Shown here: positions 23,230-34,157 of the stretch, piece by piece
How positions within the stretch are numbered: the first letter of the stretch is position 1
How the letters are laid out: every line of letters starts with the position of its first letter
NCBI RefSeq assembly: GCF_902713615.1
Contig: NC_052161.1
Coordinates: 4,195,698 to 4,259,697 of the forward strand
Length of the DNA: 64,000 nucleotides
Source: Scyliorhinus canicula
Taxonomy: Eukaryota
Reading direction: 5' to 3'
Translations under genes and position numbers: made by a program
The notes under the pieces: model-generated
What the model saw: only the letters and a program-made list of their open reading frames with translations
Database searches by the model: none
What the model was told of the DNA's origin: nothing

Positions 23230-23389
23230 CATTAGCTTTTAACGATGAAAGCAAGCAGCCCATCATACTCTTGGCAACACTAGGATCTGTCACTTTTGAA
23301 TGCACATCCACTTTAATTAGCGAGGGAAAGGTGGCAAGGAAGTTTTCCGGCAGGCCTTGTTGTTCTTCATGGAAGCTCAGCATCATTTT
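23230..23389 (-). CDS. OGA: O-GlcNAcase exon 15 (HAT-like domain)
   Basis: AG|AAA ATG ATG...GCT AAT G|GTAAGT; 160 nt; [54 protein letters not shown]. Confidence 0.96.
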
Positions 23390-24284
23390 CTACATGGGAA
23401 CCAAATACAAGTGACAAACAGGCTTACTCAGTAATGGCAGTGTTCACTTGAGGCATATCAAAAGCTAAAGGATCTGCCTGTTCAACACTAAAGATCACAC
23501 AGCACTATTCAACGAGCAAGTAGGAACTTTCCACTGTTCTGGCCAACATTATTCGGTGAGCTAACACCAAACCTGGTTATCGGAGTGCTGCTTGAGGAAC
23601 CCTGCTGTTACGCTTGCCCATGAAACAGTAACTTCAGCAATGGGTTTGAAGGTGGTGGGGCAGGGGGCATTTTAACAGCATGAAAATTGCTGAATAAATT
23701 GAAGCTCTTTTCCTTTACTGGCTCTAGGCATGCTCAAACACTTAAAAAGGGAATCAATAAGAGTGAGCCTCTTTATACCTTTTAAAGATGAATTGGAGAG
23801 AAAAGGGGAATAAAGAGAGGATGGGCACCAGACAGATTTTTGCTAGAGATTAGATTCTGACAGCAGGTTACATATAGATGAACATACAAATTAGGAGGCC
23901 ACTCGGCCCCTCGAGTCGGCTCTATTTAGTAAGATCATGGTTGATCTAATTGTAACCTCAACTCCACACTCTCAGCTACCCCCTATAACCTTACAGCTTC
24001 TTGCTAGTTATGAATCTGTCTCTGACATTTTTCTAAATTACAATAAAGTGTTTACACTTCTTACTTCAATGGCTGTAAGGCACTTGTGAAGCGTCCAGTA
24101 GATGTGAAACACATTATATAAAAGAGAGATATCAGTCGAGGCAGATTGACAGTCTCCAGCAGAATTAAGTGTACAATCTGAACAAGACGATCACCCAATT
24201 AAATTTGCATGCCTTATATAAAGCATTTTAAAATCATAAAAACACCTCAATGCGCTTCAAAGAGGAAGATAACAAAAGCTGGAT

Positions 24285-24690
24285 AGGAGGGTGAGCTGTG
24301 AGGAGGATGCAGAGATAGTTCAGTGTGATTTGGACAGGCTGAGTGAGTGGGCAAATGCATGGCAGATGCAGTATAATGTGCATAAATGTGAGATTATTCA
24401 CTTTGGTAGCAGTAACAGAAAAGCAGATTATTTTCTGAATGGTTATAGATTGAGAGGAGAATGTGCAACAAGACCTGGCATACACCAATCACTGAAGTAA
24501 GCATGCAGGCACAGCAGGTATAGGTGGTAAATGGTATGTTGGCCTTCATAGCGAGAGGATTCGAGTACAGGAGCAGGGATGGCTTGCTGCAATTATACAG
24601 GGCCTTGGTGATGCCACACCTGGAACATTGTGTGTAGTTTTGGTCTCCTTATCTGAAGATGGATGTTCTTGCTATAGAGGGAGTGTATTC
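24285..24690 (+). mobile_element. CR1 RT/C-terminal fragment
   Basis: LQCDLDRLSEWANAWQMQYNVHKCEIIHFG motif, then frameshifts. Confidence 0.85.
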
Positions 24691-24819
24691 ACTGGATACA
24701 AGAATCTCAAGAGCATTTTCTTGCACCAGGATTGAGACAATAGAAGCCCTTTAAGATTCTCTTAAAAACTATACATTAAATTTACAGTAAATGCAAATCC
24801 AGTTATTCTTGGAGAGTAC

Positions 24820-25009
24820 CTGTTCGTCTGAAAGGTCCTTACTAGCCTCTGGTTTAATATACTTCTCCCGCATAGCGGGTATCCAGGAGACTTTGCACTT
24901 TGTACAAAATGGTTTCACATCCACAGTTCCAAGGGCATAACCACATATGCCCTCATCCTCTAACACGAAGCAATAATCCGGGCTCAGCGTCAAAAGACCT
25001 CCCACCAAA
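24820..25009 (-). CDS. OGA: O-GlcNAcase exon 14
   Basis: 190 nt, AG/GT flanked; [63 protein letters not shown]. Confidence 0.95.
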
Positions 25010-25189
25010 CTGCAAACACAGCAAAAACAGCACTTGACACTAAAAAACAAATACAGGTACAGCACCAAATCGTATAGAAACTTTTGTTTAGCCATTAAAC
25101 AAAGACAAGCAACCAACTAAAAGGGACAGAACCGTTTTTAGGTATCCTCTCTCACTAAGACACCAGTTCACAGGGATAGGCAAACCCTC

Positions 25190-25345
25190 TTGGATTGGAT
25201 TTTGTTTATTGTCATGTGTACCAAAAAAACTATTTTTCTGCGAGCAGCTCAACAGATCATTAAGTACATGAAAAGAAAAGGAAATAAAAGAAAATACGTA
25301 ATAGGGCAACACAAGGTACACAATGTAACTACATAATACTAGCAT
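25190..25345 (-). mobile_element. Rex1-type 3' tail fragment
   Basis: reverse complement of the 11915-12030 tail; a similar copy at ~34245-34375. Confidence 0.7.
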
Positions 25346-26492
25346 CGGGTGAAAAGAGAGAGGTTAGTAATAAAGTTAGTCTTAGAATTAAATTTTAGAA
25401 GATTAGAACGATTGTTAGATAAGTAAAAACAGGATCTGCTAGGGAGAGCTCGTAGAGTCGCCATGCTCTGGCGCCATCTTATCCCTTTGGAGGCTTGCCT
25501 GAGAGATCATTAGACCGAGTGCAAGTATATTTGATATTGGTGCCTATACCAGGCAAAAGTTCTCACTTGACACCCTTTGTCTGCACACTGCATGGCAGAA
25601 ATTATGGCAGCTTTAATCCCTTTATAGCCAGGGCAACTGACACCAATTGTAGCAATCATACTGCCATTTAAGCAACCAAATTAAAACAAAGCCTTTTTAT
25701 ATTTTTTTCATATGAAGTGGTTTCCCCTACAAGGTAACACAGTAGGGCAGTGGTTATGTAACTGGATTGAAAACACAATTGTGAATTAAAATCTCCGCAG
25801 AAAACTGAAATGCAAAATTCTAGTAACTTTTGGGTCAACATTGGAAATGACTATTCGTTCACTAATGCCTTGCAGGGTAAAGATCCTGCCCTGACCTGGT
25901 ATCATCTCCCATTGTCTCCAACCCAAATATAAAAGATCAACTCAATGCTTTTAATGAATGAGGAACTGCAATGAATAATACCTTACCGGTTAGAAAAACA
26001 TGCATCAAATGAAAAAGTACTCATTCATTTCTCTCTATGCACAGTACAGAGGAGCAGCTCACTCACAATGAGGAAAGTAAGCTTTAAACTTGAATTCCAG
26101 ACTGCATGAATTTATCTTCAAGTTTTCAGTGTTAATGGAGTGCAGTGGGGGCAGTCAGCGTGGCTGGCTAAATGGTTAGCAAGTGTTTCAGAATAATGCC
26201 AACAATTCCCAGTGCAGCCGAGGTAGAATCATAGAATCCCAACAGTGCAGAAAGAGGCCATTTGGCCCGAGTCTGCACTGGCCCTCTGAAAGAACACCCT
26301 ACCTGCTAAAGCAGAGCTGGAGAACAACGGAGAATCTTTAATGTAGTTGGAAATGCATGGAACTTGGAAAGGTCAGAACTGGGGAAAGCATTATGTTTCC
26401 CAGGTCAAATAAACTTCTGAGGATATTAATACGTTTTGAAAAGTTACGAGAAGTGGTAAACTTTTAAATCCAATTAAAAAGAAATTTAAGGT

Positions 26493-27184
26493 GGGTCTGT
26501 GGGAGGATGTCCTGAGCAGAGTCAATATGTCCTCATCATGTGCCAGGCTCAGCCTGATACAATTCAAGGTGGTTCACCAGGCACACATGACACTGGGCCG
26601 GATGAGCAGGTTTTTTGGGGTAGAAGGCAGGTGTAGGTGGTGTGTGGGAGGGCCTGCAAATCATGACCACATGCTTTGGGCATGCCCGAAGCTCAGGGGA
26701 TACTGGCAGGGATTTGCAGATGTCATGTCCAGGGTATTAAAGGTGAGGGTGGCACTGAGTCCAGAGGTGGCGATTTTTGGAGTGTCGAAAGACCCGGGAA
26801 CAAGGGAGGCTGACGTTTTGGACTTTGCCTCCTTGGTAGCCCGGAGACAGATCTTACAAGCGTGGAGGGACTCAACGCCCCCTAAAGCAGGGTGCTGGGT
26901 TAGTGACATGGCTGGGTTTCTCAGGCTTGAGAAAATCAAGTTCGCCCTGAGAGGTTCATCATAAGGGTTCATTCAGAGGTGGCAGCCATTTATCGACTTC
27001 TTCGGAGAAAATTGAACCGACAGCGGGGGGGGGGTTAGGCTATGTCGGTCTAGCTTAGGCGAGAACTGTGGGAGATGGAGGGGTGTGTTACTCATTGAAC
27101 TGTGTTTATATCTGTTCCTGTATCTGTGTCTTTTGTTATTATAAAACCATAAATACCTTAATAAAATGTCTTGTTTAAAAAAAG
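26493..27184 (+). mobile_element. 5'-truncated L1-clade LINE
   Basis: CRWCVGGPANHDHMLWACPKL zinc-knuckle-like C-terminus; poly(A); TSD gaaatttaaggt (26481-26492 / 27185-27196) at a TT/AAAA site. Confidence 0.88.
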
Positions 27185-27845
27185 GAAATTTAAGGTCACC
27201 CTACACCTCAGATTTAAAAAGCCAACAGAAAGTAACCATACGTAACAAGGAGGCCAGGTTTACTGCAGCCAGTGCTTTTTAAAATAAAATCATGGACAGT
27301 TATCAAGATCAGTATTTATTACCCACCCCTGAAACACACACATGCAAAGGGGAATTGGATAAGCAGAATGGGGAAGAGGCAAGATTAACTGGACTGCTCT
27401 TGTGAGAGCTGGCATGGACATGATAGGCTGAAAGGCCTCCTTCTGTGAGCTGCAATCCATTCTGCAATTTCAATTTTACAAGGGTTCGTTCATACCACAC
27501 GTTGTCAATTGCTGTCTTTAGATCACTCTCACCTCAGGAATTCAGCTCCTTTGTCCATGTTTGGACAAAGGTTGTGACAAAGATGTGCTGTCCTGGTAGA
27601 ATCCAACCTCAACATTGGTAGATAGTTAATTGCCGAGTTGAGTGATGCTTGGTAGCAGTGTCAATATCATCATCAAACATGCAGGCTGATGGGGCAGTAA
27701 CTGGCCAGATTGGATTTGTCCTGTTTTTTTGGTTGGGGGTGGAGGGCATGCACTTGTGGAACAAGATCTCAATGGAAACCACAATGCAAATTACAATGGG
27801 AAGAGAAAACAGGTAGCCCCTACCACCCACACATTGTACACTCAC

Positions 27846-27934
27846 CTGTCACCAATGATATCTGGTTGATAAGACATTGAGTCACCATCCATTTCATCAT
27901 CATACATCTCCTTACAGATCTTGTACACAGAGGC
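27846..27934 (-). CDS. OGA: O-GlcNAcase exon 13
   Basis: AG|GCC TCT GTG TAC...GAC AG|GTGAGT; 89 nt; ASVYKICKEMYDDEMDGDSMSYQPDIIGD; phases fit exons 12 and 14. Confidence 0.93.
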
Positions 27935-28827
27935 CTGGGGATAAAAAGAAAACCTGCTGATACATGGCACTTTTGCACATCAGGTACACAGGAGGGCTTC
28001 TGTCCCTGATAAACATACATTTCATCATGGGGTTTCTGCTGACCTGAAATATACAGGAACCATGACCCATCTTTTTGGTTGGTCATGGAAACAGTCTACA
28101 ATGTTTATTCTAACGACCAACAACCAACTGTGCTGGAACGGGAGCTGTTCGGAGGAGACCAACCAAATCCTGAATTGCCAAATTCTACAGCCAACCAAGA
28201 AATGCATCTCCTTTAAGCAAGCTGTTATGAGAATAGTCAACAAGGCAGCATTACGTATGTCTTCAATAAAAAAGTTACATTGAAGGGCTGGAATAGAGTA
28301 AACCTTAAAAAGCTGTATACAAGTACTGCTCTGTCAAAATAACAGCCTTCCCGTTGACGGAAGGCAGGCAATGATACTCACTGAAGACACATTGTGCCTT
28401 TACAAATATACCAAAGGCAAGCTTTAGAGTGCCTTAAATAGCAATAATTATTTGCTTTTGGAGTTAAATTGCCTCCGATGGAACGTTGGAGGAAATAAAA
28501 GGCAAAAGTCTCATAAAAAGCTGGCTTATAAAGTAAAAATAATTTGCATTAATCCAAAACTCCAACTGGTGCAACAGGTTAAAATGCTGCATTGATTACT
28601 TGCAATCATACATTCGGAGTTCCAGTAACACAAACACCTGGCAATAGCCCACAGTGCAGACAGTTCTGCTCCAATTACATTCAAAAATACAGCAAGAGCA
28701 TGTGTCCTGCAGAAATGCCGGTATCATTAGCATTGACTGAGAACCTGGTGAATATTGGCACTTCAGTGAGGTTTGGTCACTTTCTCCTCTGGCGTATGTA
28801 CATGGGCACAAACACTTCAGTTCATTA

Positions 28828-29325
28828 AAGAATAATAACCTTTATGATTGTCACAAGTAGGCTTACATTAACATTGGAATGAATTACTCTGAAAAGCCAC
28901 GTATTTAGCTGCACTATCCTCCTATTTCTAGCCTCACTGGCACATATGCCTTCTTAACCACTTCATCCACCTACCTTAAGAGACTGCTGTACATGCACAC
29001 CAAGATCCCTCTAATCCTCGGTGCTTCCCACGGTTTTGCTATTTATCATTTATTCCCTTGCTTTGTTTGTCCTGCCCAACACTGGAATGAATTACTGTGA
29101 AAAGCCCCTAGTCGCCACACAGCACCTGGTTGGGGACACCGAGGGAGAATTCAGAATGTCCAATTCACCTAACACGCACGTCTTTCAGGGCTTGTGGGAG
29201 GAAACTGGAGCAGCCGGAGGAAACCCACACAGACACAGGGAAAACGAACAGACTCCACACAGAAGGTGACCCAAGCCAGGAATCAAACCTGGGTCCCTGT
29301 GAAACAACAGTGCTACCCACTGTGC
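28828..29325 (-). mobile_element. HE1-type SINE (GTGACAAT tail) interrupted by an inverted CR1 fragment
   Basis: tail 28828-28898, insert 28899-29077, body 29078-29325 with a 29-nt duplication. Confidence 0.8.
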
Positions 29326-29594
29326 TACCGTATTGGAGGGTTTATCAGTAAGTTTGCAGATGATATTAAAATTGGTGGAGTGGTAAATAGTGAGGAGGAT
29401 AGCCTTCGATTATAGGAAATAGACAGGCTGATCAGTGGCAAATGGAATTCAATCCAGATAAGCGGGAGGTGATGCACTTGGGCAGGACAAACAAGGCAAG
29501 GGAATAAATGATAAATAGCAGAACCCTGGGACGCATTGAGGATCAGAGGGATCTTGGTGTGCATGTACAGCAGTCGCGTAAGGTAGCAGAGCAG
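29326..29594 (+). mobile_element. CR1 RT fragment (host of nested insertions)
   Basis: ISKFADDIKIGGVVNSEED; CR1 sequence resumes at ~33655 and ~38736. Confidence 0.8.
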
Positions 29595-29597
29595 GAC

Positions 29598-30985
29598 TTC
29601 CGGTTGTGGCGATGTAGAGCTAAGCCGCACGTTCGGTGGCTCCCACTATTTTTGGACTTTCGGGCACTTTTAAGGGCCCGCAACGGCGCTGTTTTGACTT
29701 TTCCCCGGGTGGAAACGCAGCCTCTGTGCTTGACGGCCGTGGATGGGCTGGACTAGAAGTGGAGCGACCAGAAAATCAACTTTGCAGCAGAAGAAGGTGT
29801 GAAGCAGAAAGGACAAGATGGCAGCAGGCGGGGAACCGGCAGCGTGGCAGCAGTGGGTGAGGGAGCAGCAGGAGCTGCTGCTGCACTCCTTCCAGGAACT
29901 AAAGGCTGAGATCCTGGAGCCGTTGAGGGCATCGCTGGACAGGCTCGGGGCGACTCAGACAGCTCAGGCTGCGGAGATTCGGGAGCTGCAGCAGAAGGCT
30001 TCGGAGAATGAGGACGAACTCCTTGGCCTGGCGGTGAAGGTGGAGTCGTACGAGGTGCTTCACAAGAAATGGTTGGCAAGGATGGAGGAGATGGAGAATC
30101 ACTCCCGCCGGAAGAATCTGTGGATTTTGGGCCTCCCGGAGGGGCTGGAAGGTTCGGATTTGGGGGCCTACGTGGTCCTGATGCTGAACTCGCTGATGGG
30201 CGCGGGGTCGTTCCGGGGACCCCTGGAGCTGGAGGGTGCCCTGTTGCAGCTGGCACGCCTGTGGGTCACCTATAAAGACCACCAACTTTACTTTGACTCC
30301 CCGGAGGAGGCCTGGACTTTTGTCCAGGCAGAGAAGCTGGACTTGAACTGAAGACTGGGGGCTGACGAACATTGTACACAGCCCGGAGGCTTTGTCCTCC
30401 TTTTTATCCTTTCGCTTTTTTCTTTTTTGGTTCTATTGGACAATGTTTTTTTGCTGTTCTGTTTTTTCTTGTCTGCTTTTTGGGACTGTTATCTGTTTAC
30501 TTGGGTGTTTTATCATATCATGTTGGGATTTTTATTATTTTACTGGTTGCGGGTTTGGGTGGGGTTCGCTTGGAATGGGGACGCAGGGCTTTTCTCCCGC
30601 GCTGGAGACGCAGGGGGTGGGGTCGGCACTGGGGGAATGGGTGTGTGTCACTGGGGAGGGTAATTGGGGTGGCGGGAGCAGCCGGGGTCAGCTGAAGTCG
30701 GCTGACTTACGGAGGTACAATGACTGGAGTTACGCAGCTAGGGGGGGGCCCTAGCTTTGGGGGGGGGGGGGGGGGGGGGGGGGGGTACCGGGTTGCTGCT
30801 GGAATGGCCAAGAAGGAGCTGGAGCATGTAGAGGGGGTCGGGATGGGGGTCTGTCGCTGTGGGGAACGGGCTGAGCGGGGGGCGCGGGCACGTGGCTGAT
30901 TACGGAAGGGTGATGGCTAGTCGACGGGGGAGGGGGGGCAGGTGACCCTCCGATCCGGCTGATCACCTGGAATATGAGGGGAGGA
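29598..30985 (+). mobile_element. L1-clade LINE 5' end: 5'UTR, ORF1 with internal deletion, spacer, ORF2 start
   Basis: GACTTCCGG 5' end; ORF1 29818-30351 with coiled coil, ENHSRRKNLWILGLPEG and ARLWVTY..YFDSPEEA; endonuclease start RLITWNMRG near 30955. Confidence 0.88.
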
Positions 30986-32356
30986 TTTAAACTAGTGGCG
31001 GGGGGGGGGGGGGGGGGGGGAACCAGAGCGCTAGCTTGGAAGGTTTCATAATTGAAGGGGAAATAGAGAACCCAAATAAGAGAACAACATCACCCTGTCT
31101 GCTCAAACGCAGTGGTCTGAAGTGTATTTGCCAGAAATATAGCAGGTAAGGCAAATGAACTTCGAGTACTGATTAGTGCCTGGAATTACGATGTTGTGGC
31201 TATCACAGAAACATGTTTAAAGGAAGGGCAGGATTGGCAGCTGAACGTTGGAGGATATAGATGCTTCAGGAGAGATAGAGGGGAATGTAAAATGGGTGGA
31301 GGAGTAGCATTACTGGTTAAGGAGAATATTATAGCCGTACTGCGGGAGGAAACCTCGGAGGGCTCATACAATGAGGCAATCTGGGTAGAGCTCAGGAACA
31401 GGAAGGGGGCAATCACAATGTTGGGGGTTTATTACAGGCCCCCCAACTGCCAGCGAGAGAAAGAGGAGCAAATAGGTAGAGATTTTGCATAGGTGCAAAA
31501 GTAACGGTTGTTGTGGTAGGGGATTTAATTTCCCCTATATTGACTGGGACTCACTTAGTGCTCGGGGCTTGGATGGGACAGAGTTTGTAAAGTGTATTCA
31601 GGAAGGCTTCTTGATGCAATATGTAAATAGTCCAACTAGGGAAGGGGCAGTACTCGACCTGGTATTAAGGAATGAGCCTGGACAGGGGGTGGAGGTTTCA
31701 GGAGAACATTTTGGGAGTAGTGACCAAAATTTTGTACTTTTTAGGGTACATTTGGATAAGGATGAGGGTAACCCTCTCGTTAAGGTGCGAAACTGGGGAA
31801 AGGCAAATTACGATAACACTAGACAGGAATGTAGAATTTGGATTGGGTGCAGCTTTATGAGGGTAAATCAACACTGGACATGTGGGAGTCTTTCAAGCGA
31901 CAGTTCATTAGGATTCAGGAAAGTTACGTTCGGAGAGAACGACGGATAAGTAACGGCAAGTTTAGGGAGCCTTGGATAATGAGGGATATCATGAACCTTG
32001 TCAAAAAGAAAAAGGAGGCTTTTGTACGGTCTAGAAGGGTGGGGACAGTCAAAACCCTTGGAAAAGTATAAAGACAGTAGGAAGGTACTTAAGCGGGAAA
32101 TTAGGAGGGCTAGGAGGGGCCATGAAAAGTCCTTGGCAAATAGGATTAAGGTGAATCCCAAAGCTTTTTATTCATATGTAAAAAGCAAGTTGGTGGCCAG
32201 GGAAAGGATTGGACCACTTAAGGACAGTGGGGAGAATCTATGTGTTGAGGCAGAGGAAATGGGCGAGGTATTAAATATGAGTACTTTGCATCAGTGTTCA
32301 CCAAAGAAAAGGACTTTGTGGAAGGTGATTCTTGGGTAGGGTGTGTGTACAGTCTA

Positions 32357-32455
32357 GGGCGGGATTCGCCCCTACCCGGCGGGGCGGGGGGTCCCGGCGT
32401 ATTGGAGTGGCGTCACCCACTCCGGCGTCGGGCCTCCCCAAAGGTGCGGAGAATC
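32357..32455. mobile_element. short GC-rich MITE-like fragment inside CR1
   Basis: GGGCGGGATTC...GGAGAATC imperfect inverted ends; resembles 63548-64000. Confidence 0.45.
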
Positions 32456-32817
32456 GGTGCTGGGGCCTTTGTTGTTTGTAGTATACATAAACAATTTGGA
32501 GGAAAATGTAGCTGGTCTGATTAGTAAGTTCGCGGATGACACCAAGGTTAGTGGAGTGGCAGATAGTGTTGAGGATTGTCAGAGGATACAGCAGGACATA
32601 GACAGGTTGGAGACTTGGGCAGAGAAATGGCAAATGGAGGTTAATCCGGACAAATGCGAGGTAATGCATTTTGGTAGTTCTAACATAGAGGGGAAATATA
32701 CAGTAAATGGCAAAACTCTGAGGAATATAGAAAGTCAAGAGAGATCTGGGCCTGCAGGTACACAGATCTTTGAAAGTAGCAACACAAGTGGACAAGGTAG
32801 TCAAGAATGTATATGGA

Positions 32818-33032
32818 GGGCAACATGGTGTTGGTGGTTAGCATTGCTGCCTCACGGCGCCGAGGTCGATCCCGGCTCTGGGTCACTGTCCGTGTGGAGT
32901 TTGCACATTCTCCCAGTGTTTGCGTGGGTTTCGCCCCCACAACCCAAAAGATGTGCAGGGTAGGTGGATTGGCCACGCTAAATTGCCCCTTAATGGAAAA
33001 AATGTATTGGGTATTCTAAATTTATTTAAAAA
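32818..33032 (+). mobile_element. HE1-type SINE, short subfamily, inside CR1
   Basis: 15-bp TSD aagaa(t/c)gtatatgga (32803-32817 / 33033-33047). Confidence 0.9.
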
Positions 33033-33654
33033 AAGAACGTATATGGAATGCTTGCCTTCATTGGACGGGGCATCGATTATAAAAACTGGCAAGTCAAGTT
33101 ATAGTTGTATTGAACCTTAGTACGGCCACACTTGGAATATTGCGCACAATTCTGGTAGCCACACTACCAGAAGGATGTGCAGGCTTTGGAGAAGGTGCAG
33201 TGGAGGTTTACCAGGATGTTGCCTGGTCTGGAGGGTGTTAGCTATGCGGAGAGGCTGAATAGACTCCGACTGTTTTCAGGAGAGTGAGAGGTCGAGGGGT
33301 GACCTGTTAGTGGTCTACAAGATTACATGGGGCATGGGTAGAGTGGATGGGCAGGCACTCTTTCCCAGGATGGAGGGGTCAGTCACCAGGGGGAATAGGT
33401 TTAAGGTCCATGGGGCAAAGTTTAGAGGAGATGTGCGAGGCAGTGTTTGTTTGTTTGTTTTTTTTTACAGAGGGTGATGAGTGCCTAGAAAGTGTTGCAT
33501 GGGGAGGTTGTGGAAACAGATACATTAACGCCGTTCAAAAGGCATCTCGACAAATTACATGGATAGGATGGGTATACAGGGATACGGCACAAGGAAATGC
33601 TGAGGATTTTGGCCACGGGTGGTATCATGACCGGTGCTGCATTGTTTTTTGTTC

Positions 33655-34157
33655 TTTCTACTTGCCTTTATTAACCGAGGCATAGAGTTTAAGAGCAGGG
33701 AGGTTATGCCGGAACTGTATAAAACGTTAGTTCGGCCACAGCTAGAGTATTGTGTGCTGTTCTGGAATCCACATTACAGGAGGGATGTGAAAGCATTGAA
33801 AAGGTCTCAGAGAAGATTTACCATGATGTTGTCTGCGTTGGAGTATGTTAGTTATGTGGGGAGATTGGATATGGACTTGGATTTGGTTTTTTGGAGTAGA
33901 GGAGACGGAGAGGAACATGATGAAATGTATAAAATTATGAGGGTCATAGATAGTGTAGATTACACTACACTAGTGTAAGTGTAGGAAGAAACCTTTCCCC
34001 TTGGTGGTGGGGTCAATGACCAGAGGCATAGATTTAAGGTAAGGGGCAGGAGGTTTAGAGGGGATGAGGGAAAACATTTTAACCTAGAGGGTTGAGAGAG
34101 TTTGGAACTCGCTGCCTGAAATGATGGTGGAGGCAAAGAACCTCATAACATTTAAGA
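33655..34157 (+). mobile_element. CR1 ORF2 C-terminus
   Basis: LAFINRGIEFKSREVMPELYKTLVRPQLEYCVLFWNPHYRRD. Confidence 0.85.

Larger units (their letters stand above)
30985..33640 (+). mobile_element. long CR1 ORF2 (endonuclease plus partial RT plus 3' tail), degraded
   Basis: VAITETCLKEGQDW, GVYYRPPN, GDFNFP-like, VLGPLLFVVYINNL, SKFADDTK; nested short GC element and HE1 SINE. Confidence 0.88.

Noticed and set aside
29753-30372. ORFs 29753-30256(-), 29899-30372(-) and 30069-30275(+)
   Set aside because: Alternative-frame shadows of the GC-rich L1 ORF1.
30759-31020. Long poly-G runs as functional G-quadruplexes
   Set aside because: They are part of LINE spacer or junction sequence, and homopolymer lengths are unreliable in assemblies.
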